A DNA stretch of 64,000 nucleotides from the NCBI GenBank assembly GCA_013239625.1, contig MU056063.1, positions 5,509,447-5,573,446 of the forward strand. The letters run 5' to 3'. The translations under genes and the position numbers were made by a program. Shown here in pieces: positions 13,701-27,700 of this stretch. Below the pieces are notes generated by a model. The model worked only from the letters and a program-made list of their open reading frames with translations. It was not told the origin of the DNA and made no database searches. This DNA comes from Lama guanicoe (Eukaryota). The first letter of the stretch is position 1. The number at the start of each line of letters is the position of its first letter.

Positions 13701-16700
13701 TTGGCACTCGGGCTTTCAGAACCTCCTTCATCGGTCTTACCCCTCCGGCTCCCTGCACGTTCCCCGTGTGAGCGGCTTCTGGGGGCCCTGGCCGGTACAG
13801 GTTAGGAGGGGAGGTTCCTGGGGGCAGCCGGCCTCTGACCTTTAGGACCACTGTGGGATGTGGTGGTTTCCCTGCCCAGAGCCAGTCTACCCAGAGCCCG
13901 TCCACTTGTGATCACACTTGCCCCCTGCCCCCGACTGTATTTCCTGTGAAGGGTTTGTATCTCACGGTTTACCCCTGGAGGGTCTGTTGACCTGGGGACT
14001 ACTGTGGTGGACTTGCCGGGAAGCTTGAGGGGCTGTCACCTGCGGGACTTGCAGGATGTACACCCATCGTGGTTTGTAAAGGTTCTGTCTGCAAATCACT
14101 GAATGATTCATCACAGAAGCATCTACGGCTCTTCATTGGTCTCCTGATTACTCACTCACAGCCGTCTGCTGGGCCTGCAGTGTGCAGGTACCGGGCGAGG
14201 TACTGGGGTGTTACTTCCCCGGCCTCTAACTTAGAGCCTAATAATTAGTGATTCACCATCTAGGTGGCTTTTATTTCCCCGTTAAAACGAAAATTCTTAA
14301 AGCATGGTGAGGGAAGGGTGAGTGGGCCTTCTGTTGGCCCAGGGCAGGCCTGTTTCCACCTGCTGTGCTGGCAGGGCCTCGCTTCACCTCCAGTGTCCTG
14401 TCCGGTGGTGAATTAGCGTGGTTGCCTGGTGGAGGGGGCGGGAGGCGGGTCTGTCGGGTCGTCCCACTGGGCGGTGTTTCTGTTGGACTGACTGGTGTGG
14501 GGCATCTGGGCCTGGCTTCTCCCGTGCCGCCGGGGCCACACCTGTTGGTTTCACACGGCCGGGAGGGAACGACCACGCGTTTATTAGCTGTGTTTATCAG
14601 CGTGAGGGTGAACCTCTCGTGGCGTGTGAGCCAGGGTGGTGGTGTTTTGGGGGCCTTTTAATTTTTTATTGAGAAAGTGGGCTTTGGTGGTGCCTGCCGG
14701 AGTCTTCCTGAGGTCATTCCTCACGGGGCTGTGGTGCAGCTGCTCTTGAGTTATTTAGGGGAGACCAGAAGATATGGATGCTCAGCCCCCCTGCTTAGGG
14801 ATTTTGATCTGGGTGAGGCCCAAGCATGTATAATTATAAACAAAAAACACCCAGCAGCAACAGCAAAACTCTTCTCCACTTGTCAGTGAGGGTTGCAGAA
14901 GCACTGCTGTAGCATGTGGTCGAGGACACCGGGTCCATGTAGTCTCAGCATGCACGGGTGTTCTGGGTGGTGCGGATTGGCGGGGGCGCGGAGAGCTCAT
15001 GCCGGCGCAAGGGGCAACCTCTGCTCAGCTGAGCTCTAACACATTGGTTCCCTGGGGCTAGGAAACCAGCTTTAACAAATCTGTTTTTTCAAGAGAAACT
15101 AAAAATCTGGGTTTTTAGAGGTTTGCAGTGTCTTAATTTTTGGAATGTTCCCTTAAAAAAAAAGACAAAAAGCAATCATTATCTCCAAACTCCCCCCCCC
15201 TCCCAAAACTCACTACAGGAAATGTGATATCCAATTTAGTCAGTGAATTACCGGGGAGAATCTGTTGTTAGCATCTAGAGAGTGGTTCTGGCTGGAGAGC
15301 TCAAAAGAATTGCCTTAGTAAGATGCCAGGGTAATCTGGAACGGTAGACGTGCAACCTTGACAAGATGCACACGGGCTGTTTTTAATAGGGCAGTTGGAG
15401 TTTTTTGTTGTTGGAGTTTTGTGACCTCACGACCAGGTAGCCACATACAGAATGTTAATGTGCCATGATGTGCACCATAAATTTAGGGATTTATTTTTCA
15501 ATCAGAAGCATTTCTCTTCTGACTGCTGTCTTCAGAGAAAGAAGGGAGTCTTCACTTTCACTGCTGTGTTGGAAAATCACATCCAGGCTCGGCCAGTAGA
15601 GTCCTCAGACCTCAACCTTGAGGGTGAGTTTTGCTGACAAGAGGTGATGTGGGCAGGTGGTCAGTGGAGAAATCTTGAAGCTTCTTTTGGCTAGAGCCTC
15701 TGGTCCTGCCTCTGGCCGCCCTCTGTCTCTAATCTGAGCTGGAGCTTCATGGGAGGCAGTGGTCAGTTGGGACGGGCTTGGCCTGCCCAGAGAAGGGACC
15801 TGCCCTCGTGTGTGCTGGGTGGGGCTGTGTCTGTTGGTGACAAGCGGGAGCAGAGCATGCCACCAGTGTGGACCTGGATCAGGACCTCCATGTAACCTAC
15901 AAGCCAGGGAGGATGCCGCCCCGGCCAAGGGAGGGTTAGTGGCCCAGGCTGAGCACCTGCGCATTCTTCTGTGTGGATTTGTTCTGCTCTCCAAGTCCTG
16001 AGGGCGAGTCACTCATCACCTCCCCGGGCTCTGCCCAAATGACAGGGTACTGGGAGGCCTCCCTGACCACCCAGTGCAGAATAGCAGCCTCCCCGTCCCT
16101 GGCACTCCCTCTCTGCCCTCTGCTAGGTTTTACCCTGGAGGTTTTCGGTAAACCATGAGCAGATTGATTGTGTACGGCTTGTGCCCCCCTCTTCGCATGA
16201 GAGCGCAGACCCCAGCTGCTTGGTACGCCGGGCGTCCCTGGTGTGTAGACCAGCACCTGCTGAATCACGGTTCCGGCCTTGGGAGTAGCTCAGAGCCATC
16301 GACATTTCATGGCGAGGTGGCCATGCTTCTGTGAAGTTAAGGGACTCATTCAAGGTCATAAATCTGTTTAGTGGCCGAGTGAGCAGTTGATCAGGATTTC
16401 TTTCTACTTTGAATGTCATGGCTTTATCTTAGGAAGGTGAAGTGTGGTGTATTTTGTGGCTCAAAGAGTTTCAATTCAGTGTTCCCTTTCTGCTTAGAGT
16501 TGGTAGAGTAATTTTAGATGCTTGTGGTGCAGGTTGGAGAGGGCGACTTCCCTCCAGCAGCCAGTCTGTTGACAGATTTGTCTCATCAAGGGGTCAATGA
16601 AGGGAGGGTGGGTTTGGGCTGAACCAGTGGCGGAGCTCTGTGTCCCCGGAAGAAGATTGGCACTGGGCACGGCTCCTGCCACCTGAAGCTGGAGCTCATC

Positions 16701-17277
16701 AGGCACTGCGTGTATTTGTGAGTATTTGTGAGTGCCTGCCGCAGTTGGTGTGACCAGCACACTACGTGGGGCCACGGCTCCTGGTGCCGCAGACAGTGGC
16801 GAAGTCTTCCTGCTCCGCCTGCATGTCACGTTCTGATCACTCAGGCCTGGTGGTGGTCTTAGGAGCTCTGCAGGGTGGGCACCAGGGAGGAGGCGTCTCA
16901 CTGGGGTGGCAGCAGCACTTTGGGGTGATGACTTGACCAGCATCAGTTTCTCAGCCTGTGACCTCCAAGGCTGTGGCACGAGTGGGGTTGACTGAAGAGA
17001 GGAGGCAGGGCTAGGAGGAGGCCGAGGGAAGGGCTTCCCTACGACAGCCCGCTGGAATGATCCCTGTACCTGGAGGGCAGGCACGGGGGCAGACGGATGT
17101 GTGCGAAGGAACATGCCAACCCCGACAGACCACATGCTTCTCGCTCAGATTCTACGTCCGGACCCCGCCTGCCCACCCTCTGTTGTCACTTACTGAGTGG
17201 GATGGGAGTGAAAGAACCTTTAGCGTTTAAATCACTGTGGCCTGTAAGGAAATGTGCTGCTCTGAAGCCAGTCCCCT

Positions 17278-17405
17278 GAGTGTGGGTTCCATCTGCCTTC
17301 TTCGCAGCTGTGGGACCTGGGCTAGTTTCTGATCTCATGGAACCCCCCTTCCTTTCTGTAAAATAGGGCTGACTTTATTATTTGTGAGGTTGTTGTGAGC
17401 ACAGC
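17278..17405 (+). mobile_element. MIR SINE remnant
   Basis: agctgtgggacctgggctagttt...cctttctgtaaaataggg...gttgttgtgag resembles the MIR core. Confidence 0.55.
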
Positions 17406-19721
17406 ATTCTGTAGTATGATACGTTCGAGTTTTTGGACACTTGTATGTGCCAGGCACAAAAATAAATATTAAAAGACACTGAAAGAATAAACGCACAGTG
17501 GACGCCACTTTATCCTTTTATTCCTAGAGTGGCAGAGGAGGTTCATTTATTGGTAGGGAAGAGCAGGAAAGGAGGAGACAGAAAAGCAGGGAATTTCATC
17601 CCAGTTTGACTTTGTTTGTTTAGATTGTAATGTGCTCAGTGCACGGCTGCATCATGCGGCCTGGTTAGGGCAGGTGGCAGCTCACTGCAGTGACCCCGCT
17701 AGGTTTGCTTAAGCCTTGGTAAAGTTATAAAACTGCTCTTTTATTTTATTTACTTATTCACAGTCTTTCACTGTGGTTCTTATTCTGAGAAAGCTGCAGT
17801 GGGTGTGTACAACTTAAAACGAAACGGTTATTAACACCAAGGAAAACTCATCCATTTATATAATATGGTTCTTTCTAGTAAGTCATGATTTTTAACAAAA
17901 GATGCATTGAGGGGAGAACTTTCTTTTTCAAACGCTGAGATAAGCTCTCTCTATTTTCCGCTTAAGTGTCTTCTAAGGCATCAGTTACTTGTTTTCATTT
18001 TGACCAAGTTGAACTGTAGGTAGACATGGTATGAGTCTGTGTGAGGATGCTTTGACTTTGCAAATTGAGTTGATGGCATGGACACATCATTTCTGGTGAG
18101 GGATACCGTCAAATGGAACCTCAAAAGGAAACTTTCTGAAAGTGAATTTTCTCTTTTACCTCCTTTTTTTTTTTTAAAGGAGGAGTAGGGGAATTGTGAA
18201 TAACGAATGAAATAGCAAATGAATATTCAGTATAGACAAATTAGGAGTTGTATGTAGAACAAATCTTTTACCTCTTTAGGAAGAATGGTGGAACTAGGAA
18301 TAATGAATGAAGTGACTTAACACAGGCAAATTAAGAGTTGCATACAGACTTTGAAAGCCAGAATGAAGACAGGCGCTGCACTGGGAGGCCGGGGAAGAAA
18401 CAAGCCCTCTCGCTGGGCCAGTGCCGAGGACACAGCCACAGAAGTGGTCCAGGTTCCAGAACCAGATTGTACTCGTACTTAGAGATCATTCAGTGGACAC
18501 AGAGCTGTGTACAGTCTGACTCTATATAAACGCTGGAAAAATACCCAGATTCAAGGGCAGTGTTATTTTAGAGTCAACTTCCTGAAGGACCAAGAAAAAG
18601 TAAGGAACGACTTGAAAACCTCAACTGAAGGTTGGGTTTGTGGTGAGTAGGAAGGACCACGGGCGGATCAGGAGTCCAGAATGGAACAGGATCCTTGGCG
18701 TCACGTAGTCTCTTGCCTTTTGATTTGTGTCTGAAACTTGTAACTTCCTGCTCTACGCCAGTGAGAAGAGCTCAGTATGCGTGCTTTAATGATGCTTAAA
18801 GTGACGTTTCAGTATTGAAATTACTCTGTGCTGTGAAGTTCCTGGGGAGAAATGTAAGAAGACCTCTGCAAGGGAGAGGGGTTAGAGATGGGAGGATGAA
18901 GCAGGGGCCCGCGGGTTTCTGTGTTTCATCTTTTGCTCTGAGTTCATGGCCAGCCATGAGAACGAACAGACTTTTTATTAAAATACTGTCTTGTATGCGA
19001 TGCCTGCTGGAGTCTGGTGCTTTGTCTCGTCTGTCCTCGCAGTGGTTGTTGAGTTTAGCCCCCGTTGGCTATGTTGCTATGTGACGCTGGGTTCCCCAGC
19101 CCGTTAGCTCTGAGGCCCAGCTCCCTTCCCCCGATTCTTTCTTACCTCTTTATTTGAGAAATTCAAAAACTAGAACTCTGTGGGAAGAAAAAAAGTAGAG
19201 ACAGGATTCCCTGCTTTGACATAGGGGACTGTGGTCACCCTACATGTTGCCAGGGGAAGGCTGAAGAGAGAGGAGTTCAGACTGAGAATTACGGATAAAC
19301 ATGGATCATGAATCTGGCAATAATTAAAATAACGAAATGTGGCATATGACTTGGTCTTAAGTGAGTAAGAAAAGATATCAGTATCCAATAGTAGCAGGTA
19401 CTTGAATGGGGCTGAAGAAAAAAATTCTGGTTATATATTTTGCTTGAAAACTGAATGAATAAATATTTAGTATTTTGTGATAGAATGTGTATAACTAGGT
19501 TTATCTTTCTCCCTCCCCGACGGTATCTCACGCTGGAGAGAAACACCTAGCGACCAGTGGTATTTTAGAGGACTCTGTCCTGATTTTAATTAAGATGGTC
19601 TCTCAGATACTGTGACAAGTGATGCCAGTCCCTTCTGCTCGTACCACTGCACCCCCTCCACCTAGTTGTGATGCTGTCTGCCAGGACCAGGCCTGCTACC
19701 CAGGTGTTCATTTTTTGTTAT

Positions 19722-19885
19722 AGTTAACTGGCCCTATTGCAGAGGGTCATTTTTACCCCTGTTTTACAGAGGAGGAACATGGTGTCCAGAAAAGGTTGAG
19801 GAAGGGGCCCGAGGGCACCCTCATTGCATGGTGGAGTGGGGCTTCCCTCCTGGCTCCTGACTCCTGACTCCAGTGCCCTCTCTGG
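19722..19885 (-). mobile_element. MIR SINE remnant
   Basis: cccctgttttacagaggaggaac...ctgactccagtgcc resembles the antisense MIR core. Confidence 0.55.
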
Positions 19886-20818
19886 GCACCGTTACACAGT
19901 ATTTAAGTATTTTAATATGGGAATTAAAGGAACTCATGAAAAAATAGTGTTTTTTTAATGTTTCTCCTTTAGAATATCAATGAATTTTAATCAGAAAAAT
20001 ACTGATACTGTAGAAAAGTAGAGAAAGGCGAGCTCATTATTTTTAGCAGCTCAGACCATCAGCAAGTAGGAAAATATGTATTTCATGTGCAGCTCGTGCT
20101 GTGAGAGCCTGTAAATAGGGGATGTGTGTTTTGTGGATCGTGTGTGTGTCTCCGTTGGTCAGCTTTCTTTCACCCACTGCTGACCCACGTTACCTCCTGG
20201 GAAGAGCAGTTGAATTTACGCCGTCCAAGGCACGTGTTGGACTTCAGGTCTAGTGCTGCCGGACTTGACTACCCAGCTGTTGAGTGTGGTGCCTTATCTC
20301 ATAGCGGCAGAGGTAGAGAAATAACGTCATGTTTGTGTTTGCCTCTAGTAAAGATTTGGAGTAGTTTTTTCACATCATTAAAACTTCTTTTGCTATTTTT
20401 AAACTAAAATGGTTATCTAAAGTCAGTTGGGTTTTTCCAGTGAGGAGAGGAAAGGGCGATTGCAAATGTGTATTAAGTGCCCGCAGGGTCTGACTCTGCA
20501 CTGCTTAGATGCTTTGATAGGGAGACTTGCCAGTGCCTTTCCTTTCACTATTGATACAACAAAGAATGTGCTGAGTTTTGTCCTTCCTTATGTTTTATAG
20601 ACCCTTCACTATTGGTGCTTTTTAACTGGCCAGTCTCCCTCTTATAGCATAAGTCCTCACGCTTGACACTGCTGCCCAGACACTGGCTCTCATGAGGGCT
20701 GCTGCCTCCTCAGGGCAGGGTGGGAGGGTGGGGGCCACAGTCCTTTTTAGTGCAGTGTCACCCAGCGTCTTTGAAAAGCAGCTGCCCTCTCTTCCCACCT
20801 GACCACTGCCCAGCCACT

Positions 20819-20855
20819 TGCGTGCATGCGCACGCGCGCACACACACACGCACAC
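20819..20855. repeat. Alternating purine/pyrimidine CG/CA tract (37 bp)
   Basis: tgcgtgcatgcgcacgcgcgcacacacacacgcacac read directly. Confidence 0.85.
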
Positions 20856-22109
20856 CCACCTTGAAGGAACCCTTCCCTAGCTCTCGTGGCCATTTCTTCC
20901 TTCATGTGCTCAGACTGTCTCCGCTTCTCTTCACAATGGGGATGTTTGCTGCAGTCACAGCTCACCTAACGGCAACTTCGCCTGCTGTCTGGCCAAACCC
21001 ACCCCTTCGCCCCCACCCGTTCCAGAACACAGACAACAATGACAGAACTGGCGTGCAGAGCCCAGATGACTGGGCCCTTTCTTTGTGGAGTCAGAATATT
21101 ACTGCCTGACGTAATGTTCCCTGAGGCTGTCACTTAACTGCAGGGACGGGGTAATTGATGTTCATAATGATTTCCCTGAGCCATTAAGAAAAGCATCTTT
21201 AGTGTCCTCAAGATCTCAGGCTTTAGAGAGATTTCCATCCAGATTGGTCTCTTAAAGGAAGATGTGGTGCATAAATTATTTACCTTTTGCTGCTCACTCG
21301 TGGGGGCGGGCGCTGTCTGCCTGGGTTGTTCCATTCCTGGTAGGGGTTAGAGTCTGCGTGCTCTCTGCTGTTGAGGCATGGATTTCTTGAAAGGGAGAGT
21401 TGTTCTAGATCAGGAAACTCCAGCCTAAGAAAGGCCTGATTCTGTATGGAGGCCCTTAATTTTAAACTCCTCAGGGAACAGAAGCTCTGCCTTCTTACGA
21501 AACGGCGAGTCTTGACGGATTTTATAACACTTGGACGTGTTCCCATGCTTTCTCTGTCTTCTTGCTCATCCGCAGCCCTGGCCGTGGAATGGAGGGGCAG
21601 GTGGATGAGCAGGCCTCGATCATAATGAAAGTCAGTAGTCACAGGGCTGGAGATGCAAGGACCCGGGCCTGCCCGCCTCACAGTGGTATGGGCTTTGGAG
21701 GAGTGGGGCAGGAGCCCCGTGTCTCCCTGACTCCTGCTCCTTTGGAAGGAGGTGCTTAAAAGACTGAGTTCCCTCCTGAAGTGCTTTGAGCATCTCTCTC
21801 CCAAGTTAATGATGTGGTTTCTGCCTTAAATGGCTCACGGGTTGCTGTCTGGGTGACACGCCCTCTCTGTCTGGTTGCGTTCTGGAGTTTTTGCAGGCAC
21901 CTCCTGGAAAAGAGTGGGGTCTGGTTTGGGGTCTGCAGGGCAAAGCTAGTTCAGCTGGTCTCCATCTTTGGGGTGGATGGACATCGAGCCTGAGGAATAG
22001 CCGTTGTTGCATAGCCCGGTGCTGGGCTCATGCCATTCATCCAGTGGTCGTGTTGGTTCCATATTTGCTCTTTAAAATAAGGGAATATAAGGGGGAATTG
22101 GAGTTGAAA

Positions 22110-22430
22110 ATTATTTTTAAAGACTTAATTTTATTTAGAGTAGTTTTAGGTTCACAGCAAAATTGAGAGGGAGCAGTACAGAGATTTCTCATGTACCCCT
22201 GTTCATCACAAAGCCACATAAATGCCCCCCTGATCCACCCCCCACCCTCAGTCAGAATGGTTCAGTTGTTTAAACTGATGGACGTGCATTGGCACATCAT
22301 AGTCGCTCACCTTACATGAGGGCTCACTCTTGCTGTCGTACATTTTATGAGTTTGGACAAATATCTGGTGACATAAATCCGTCAGTATAGTGTCGTACAG
22401 AGTACTTTCACTGCCCCCCAAATCCTCTGT
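22110..22430 (-). mobile_element. L1MC-type LINE-1 3' UTR fragment
   Basis: tttagagtagttttaggttcacagcaaaattgag...gtttggacaaat...actttcactgcccccaaatcctctgt matches the recalled antisense L1MC1-like 3' end. Confidence 0.75.
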
Positions 22431-23124
22431 GGACTGTGTAGTCCGGAAAGGACACGAGGACTTGAATTTGGGCTTTTACGTACAAGTGTGGAGAGTGATT
22501 TTTCAACATTCAAAATGCATAAAAAGCACTAGAGACTGGGTTAAAAAGCCATGGATTCTTGCACCCCACTTAGAGAATTCACATATTTGGGTCTGAATCA
22601 TTAAGTCCTCCCCTTTTCCCCTGGTTTTTCGGCCTGCACACCTGTCCCTTTTGGGATTTGGTAACGATGACTTACAGCTCAAGGGGTCGGCGTCCTGTCC
22701 TTTGATGTCCTCAGGTCTTTTGGGCAGTCCTTGCAGGTCCGGCTGCAGCCTTCACAGGAGTCTTTACCACTGGCCCCACAGTGATGTCCCCTCTAACTGC
22801 ACCTTCAAAAGCACTTTGTGTCACTCAGAGGAGCTGGCTTCACACTGTCCTGTTTCCTAAGTGTTTTTGCTACAGAGTACATTGTTTCTCTGTCACCAGG
22901 TAATGCTGCTTCTTATGAATTGCTTTATACCCCTCTAAGTCACAGGCTTCCCGAAGGCAGGTGTATGTGTGTGGGCTCCCCTCAGCGGTGTAGGATCGGT
23001 CCCAGCCACTGGTTAAATGCAGTCAGCCTTCAGTTTACTGAGGGCATTGATGAGTTTTGCTCTTAAGTAGATAGAAAGCCAGTTTCAGGCAGTTAAAAGT
23101 TTTGTTTCAGATTTAACTCAGCAG

Positions 23125-23224
23125 GCGGGGAAGGAAGTAACTCAGTGGTAGCGCACATGCTTAGCATGCATGAGGTCCTGGGTTTGATCCCCAGTACCTC
23201 CATTTAAAAAAAACCAAACTGTTA
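23125..23224 (+). mobile_element. tRNA-Ala-derived SINE (camelid Vic-1-like) with target-site duplication
   Basis: A-box-like taactcagtgg, AGC anticodon loop (atgcttagcatgcat), B-box-like ggtttgatccc, A-rich tail; flanking direct repeat aactcagcag at 23115-23124 and 23225-23234. Confidence 0.85.
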
Positions 23225-23604
23225 AACTCAGCAGAAAGCAAAAGCATTCTGATTTCCAATATTTATTGGAAGGAATCTGAAATAAAGGAAGAAACAAACA
23301 AAAGCTACTTTGAGTTTCCAAGAGCCATGGGTGTGGGGCTGACTCCTGTCACGTGCCTGCCCTGGAGAACTCCTCCTTCGGGGTGTTCTGTCATTGACTT
23401 TTCTGATTTCTCGTGGGAGAGCAAAGGCCAGGGATTGGAAATAAGTTTTTATTATTGGTTACTGTATTGCCATGTTTGATTATAATCACTTAAAATACTC
23501 AAGTTGTAGAACAGTATCCTTCGCAGTCCCTCTGTAAGTTGATTAGCTAGGACATTAGTGGTCATTTCTCTCCGAAGGGCCATACCCTGGTACAGGGAAC
23601 AGGT

Positions 23605-23745
23605 CTGTGTGTGAATCTTGAGCCGGTTGACTTCACGTGCTCAGAGCATCAGTTTCTCCACCTATAAAATGGGGACATTCGTTCACATACTGGGTTGTGT
23701 GCGGAGTAAAAGATAATGCATACAGAATGCTTTGTTCACTAAATG
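23605..23745 (+). mobile_element. MIR SINE remnant
   Basis: tcagtttctccacctataaaatgggga...gggttgtgtgcggagtaaaagataatgcata resembles the MIR core and 3' part. Confidence 0.65.
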
Positions 23746-24690
23746 TCCCAGTAGTGAGGACATCACGGTGCCCTGTTCCCTGTTCTCACAGCACGTCTTC
23801 AGGCCTAGAGTGCTTTCCTGGTGTCACCAGGGCCATGCTTGCTGGTGTTCAGGCTGTCAGCGTGCACCCCCTCCCTTGTGGAGGGAAGAAAACACCTGTT
23901 ATTCCATAGTCGTGTTTACCTGCCACACTGAGTGTCACAGACTCCAGATCCCCTGCTCTGACCTTCTGTCCATTCTCCCTCAGGCTGGATGGGGACGGCA
24001 CTCTCTCGCTGCATGCACCTGCTCGCAGGGCCCCTAGCCCTAATGAGACTGGGCGGCAGAGGTGGGGCTGGACGTTTTTGATCAAATCGCTGGTGATTTG
24101 ACCCTCTCTTAGGACTGGAGCCTAAATTAAGGGCTCTAACCTTTGTTTCTTTGATTTATTGTACCCCCTCTTAAATTTCCTCTTGTGAGTGAGACCCCCA
24201 GAATTGGCTTCTCGCTAGGTGTACTTATTCATCAGGTGCATTTTGATGGAGTTGTGGGGGCTCTGGGTAAAGATGATGCCACGTGACCCAGCTCCCTAGT
24301 ACTTGGCGGTAGTAGAAAGTTAGGGCCCTCGCCATCTTTTTCTCTGGGGATTTGAAAGCTGCCTTTGATGCTGTTTCTTCTGCCGTTAGGCTCCTTTCTG
24401 TGGCTCAGGGACAGACTTCATTAGACGCAGACAGACAGACAACCACAATGCCCTGCATTTAAAAACCATGTGGTGTGATTTTTTTCCCCTCCTTGGAGCT
24501 TGTGTCCTGAATGTAATGAATGCATATTTGCAAACTCAAGTCGGCAATTTTGACTCAGAAACATGAGGGAGAGTTGAAAACTAGGGCTTTTTCTTAGCCT
24601 GGATGTCTGCCAAGGATAGTTTGCATTTTCCTTTTAAAAAGGGAAACATGCATTTTCCTCATTTAAAGACTAAAAAGGAGTCAGGCGCCA

Positions 24691-24726
24691 TGAAGTTTGC
24701 TCCCCTGAAGTTTGCTCCGCTGAAGT
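24691..24726. repeat. 15-bp tandem duplication (tgaagtttgctccSc, about 2.4 copies)
   Basis: tgaagtttgctcccc / tgaagtttgctccgc / tgaagt. Confidence 0.85.
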
Positions 24727-27700
24727 GGCAGTGCCGGCAGTGTGTGCGAGTCTGACTTCGTCAGAGGTAACCTGACTGCCCCAAGTCTCAGTACGAGGTC
24801 TTGCTTTGTCTGCTCACCCTTGGAGATCGTCGAGGGGAAGTAATTTGGGCGGTTCTTCAGGACTTCAGTGGCAGGCATTTGACCAGTTTGTGGAAACAGT
24901 GGGAGCTCATCTCTTGTATTTTACATGACTGTAAACTGTGGGGGGCGATCCCGTGGCCCTGGCAGCTTGGGTGGGTGGCTTCGCACAGTCCGATGCAGCT
25001 TCTCCGTGCGGGGGAGCAGGACTGTGACCTGCCTTGTTGCCCTCGTAGGACCTTTGGGGACCTCTTGAGGAAATAGCTGTGGGTGGTATTTGGGGGGTTC
25101 TCATCGTTGGATGTCTCCTAAGTACACTGATGTTTGCTGGGATCCTCATGAATAAAGCCAGCTGTGGGCCTGCAGTCTCTGCCTGGTGGCATTTCAGAAC
25201 GCTGGGAAGCGCAGACAGCAGGACAAGAGGGTCGAGTTCACAAGTGGAAGTTGGGTATGTGTATTTAATACTGACCAGGCCATTTACTTCCGAGAGGATG
25301 ACACAGTGGAAAGAACATTCCTGTGAAGACTGAGTCTCTGGTTTCTCTGTGTGCAGCCGGGAGTCTTGGTGACACGGGCTGCTGGGTTCAGGATTGGGGA
25401 TGAGAGTGGTCCTGCTACCCCGTGTCGTGAAGCACCGTTGCGGGACGGGTGGCGTCAGGACAGGGTGGCACAGGACGTGTAGTCGCCAGACTTGCATGGA
25501 CAATGCCTGGGCCTTTAGCCTGAGTCTAGAGCCCAGTGCGGTTGGTGGCGACTGTGTGTGACTTCTTAGGCAGCTTCCTGTTTTAAATTTAAATTTAAAC
25601 CGACCAGATTCTGGAAGACCTGGTATGCTGGCATTCGAGGAGACAGTGCCCTGGCATGGCTGTCCTCCAGCATGGAGATCATGACTGGCTGTTGGCTCCC
25701 ATTCCGCCCCCTTCAGTGAGGGAGACTCATGTTCTGTGTGCACCGATAGTGAATCCACGGCCCTCCGCCTTCACGCCGCCAGCCAGCTGCTGGGTCTCCA
25801 GAGCGCACCTGTGGCCTTGAGTTCAGGTGTGGACAGAGGGACAGAAGGAAGCTTCCTCTGTTATGTAAATGTCTGTGCAGGTTTTTCCATTGGCCTGTGG
25901 GTTCTCTTGATCTGGAAGGATGGGAAGGGCCAGCCTGTCAGATACTCGGGCCCCCACCTCACCGACTCGCTCCCAGCACTGCCTGCCCTCTTGAAAGGAG
26001 AGGGAGCCGGGGCAGCGCTCGGGACATTTTCTCTCATCCCTTGGTTCTGTGGGTGAGACGTCTGCTGTCGTAATTCGGAGGTAACCCCACCGCAGGGGGA
26101 GTAACAGGTGTGTGTGGCCAGACTTGAGGGTGGGCTGGGTGCCCAGGAGCTGCCCTGGGTGTCCCTTACGTGGAAAGTACCGGAGGGTTCCTCTGTCCTC
26201 TTAAGTTCTGCTCCTTCTTCTTGAATTCTAAGGAAATTATAATTTGGCTTCACAACTGTGTTGCTTGGCAGGCTCGGTTATCTGGTTGCTCGATTCTGTG
26301 CTCATAAATTCATCCTCTGTCGCCAGTGGAGGGAAACACGGTTCATCTGTTTTTTCATTACCAGGGCTGCGCTGGACCCTGTCCCCTGCACTGGTCCTTG
26401 CCCCTGTGACGAGGGCAGTGCTGTCACCCCCACACTGAGTGAGGGAGACGCCATGCGGATGAGCCTAGTTGAGGGACCGGCCCGTGCCCAGACAAGGGGG
26501 TGTCAGCCCCCTGGGTGGCCTGTGGGGACCAAGCTCAGGAGGAGCTGAGGTTTCAGAGCCCGTAACACACACGGGTGGAAACTTTAAATGAGCGAGTCTG
26601 AGGTGGACACTATCAGAAGATACCGAGTCTCGGATACACAGGTAGTAAGACTGGCAGTAAGAGCCGGAAACACGGGAGCTGTGTGATGTCAGTGTGTCGC
26701 TGCTGTCCCTACACAGAGCTGGGTTCCTTTCTGTGTGTCTGTGAGCTGGGGCTGCTCCATGTGTCAGACAGCCGTGCTGGGTGCTGGGTGGTGGCAGGCG
26801 GGACAGTGCACTCTCTCAGGGCTGTGGGTCACGCAGCAGTGAATGCAGGGGCAGTGCACACTGCTCTCCGGGGCCGTGCAGGGTGCTGGACATGTGATGA
26901 GCGGGCAGGAGAGGGCGGTGGAGGTGCCTGTCCGGCCTGTTGATGCGTGGAGCCTGGGGACGGGGCAGGAGGGCGAGCTTCCCTGGACACAGCCCACTGG
27001 GGTTGCCCTCCCTGCCACGGAAGCATCACTTCTTCAGGCTGACTGACCACAGGTGTGCGTGATGCGGCCGCACGTCCGAAGACAAGGAGGGTGGCTCATA
27101 GGGGCGCGTTGTGGGGCGCAGGTGTCTGCAGGTGGGTGAGATGGGAACGAGGTTCCCGGACTGTGGGTTTTATTTGTCCCGCTTCCCTGTATCAGGCTGT
27201 TGCACAGCCCTGCAGGCGAGCTGCTGGCGTTGCTGGATTCCATCCCGCCATGACCACGCAGAGTTGAGACGTGGTTGTAATTCAGGGTCATTTTCATGCA
27301 GTTGTTTTGCCCCAGCTGTACTTCCGTACCAGCTTTCCTGAATAAATGGAGCATTCTCAGATTTCAGGTTCTGAGGTTCCTAATGCTTTTCATCATGGGG
27401 CCGCAACAGGCGGGCTGTCAGAAACTGTGGGGCTGGTCTTTCTGTTTGACATTTGTTGCAGAAAGATGGTTTTCCACAGAGTCCTTAAGGAGATCGTGCT
27501 CACGCTATCTGGGTAGCTGGTGCCCGTCTGAGAAGGGACCAGGGGGCCAGACGAGCACTGCAGGGGGCGGACACAGAAACAGACTGTTAGTAACTAAGTC
27601 CAGAGCTCCGCATCTGGGCCAGAGGATGACGACGTCACATTTGTTAGAAATACTAGTGATAATAAAGGGATAACTTTATAACTTCTAGGTCCTAGGCCAG

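Noticed and set aside
25582-25599. 18-bp palindrome tttaaatttaaatttaaa
   Set aside because: Low-complexity (TTTAAA)3 repeat; self-complementarity is trivial.
24907-25758. 283-aa minus-strand ORF
   Set aside because: No recognisable family; composition typical of chance frames in GC-rich intron.
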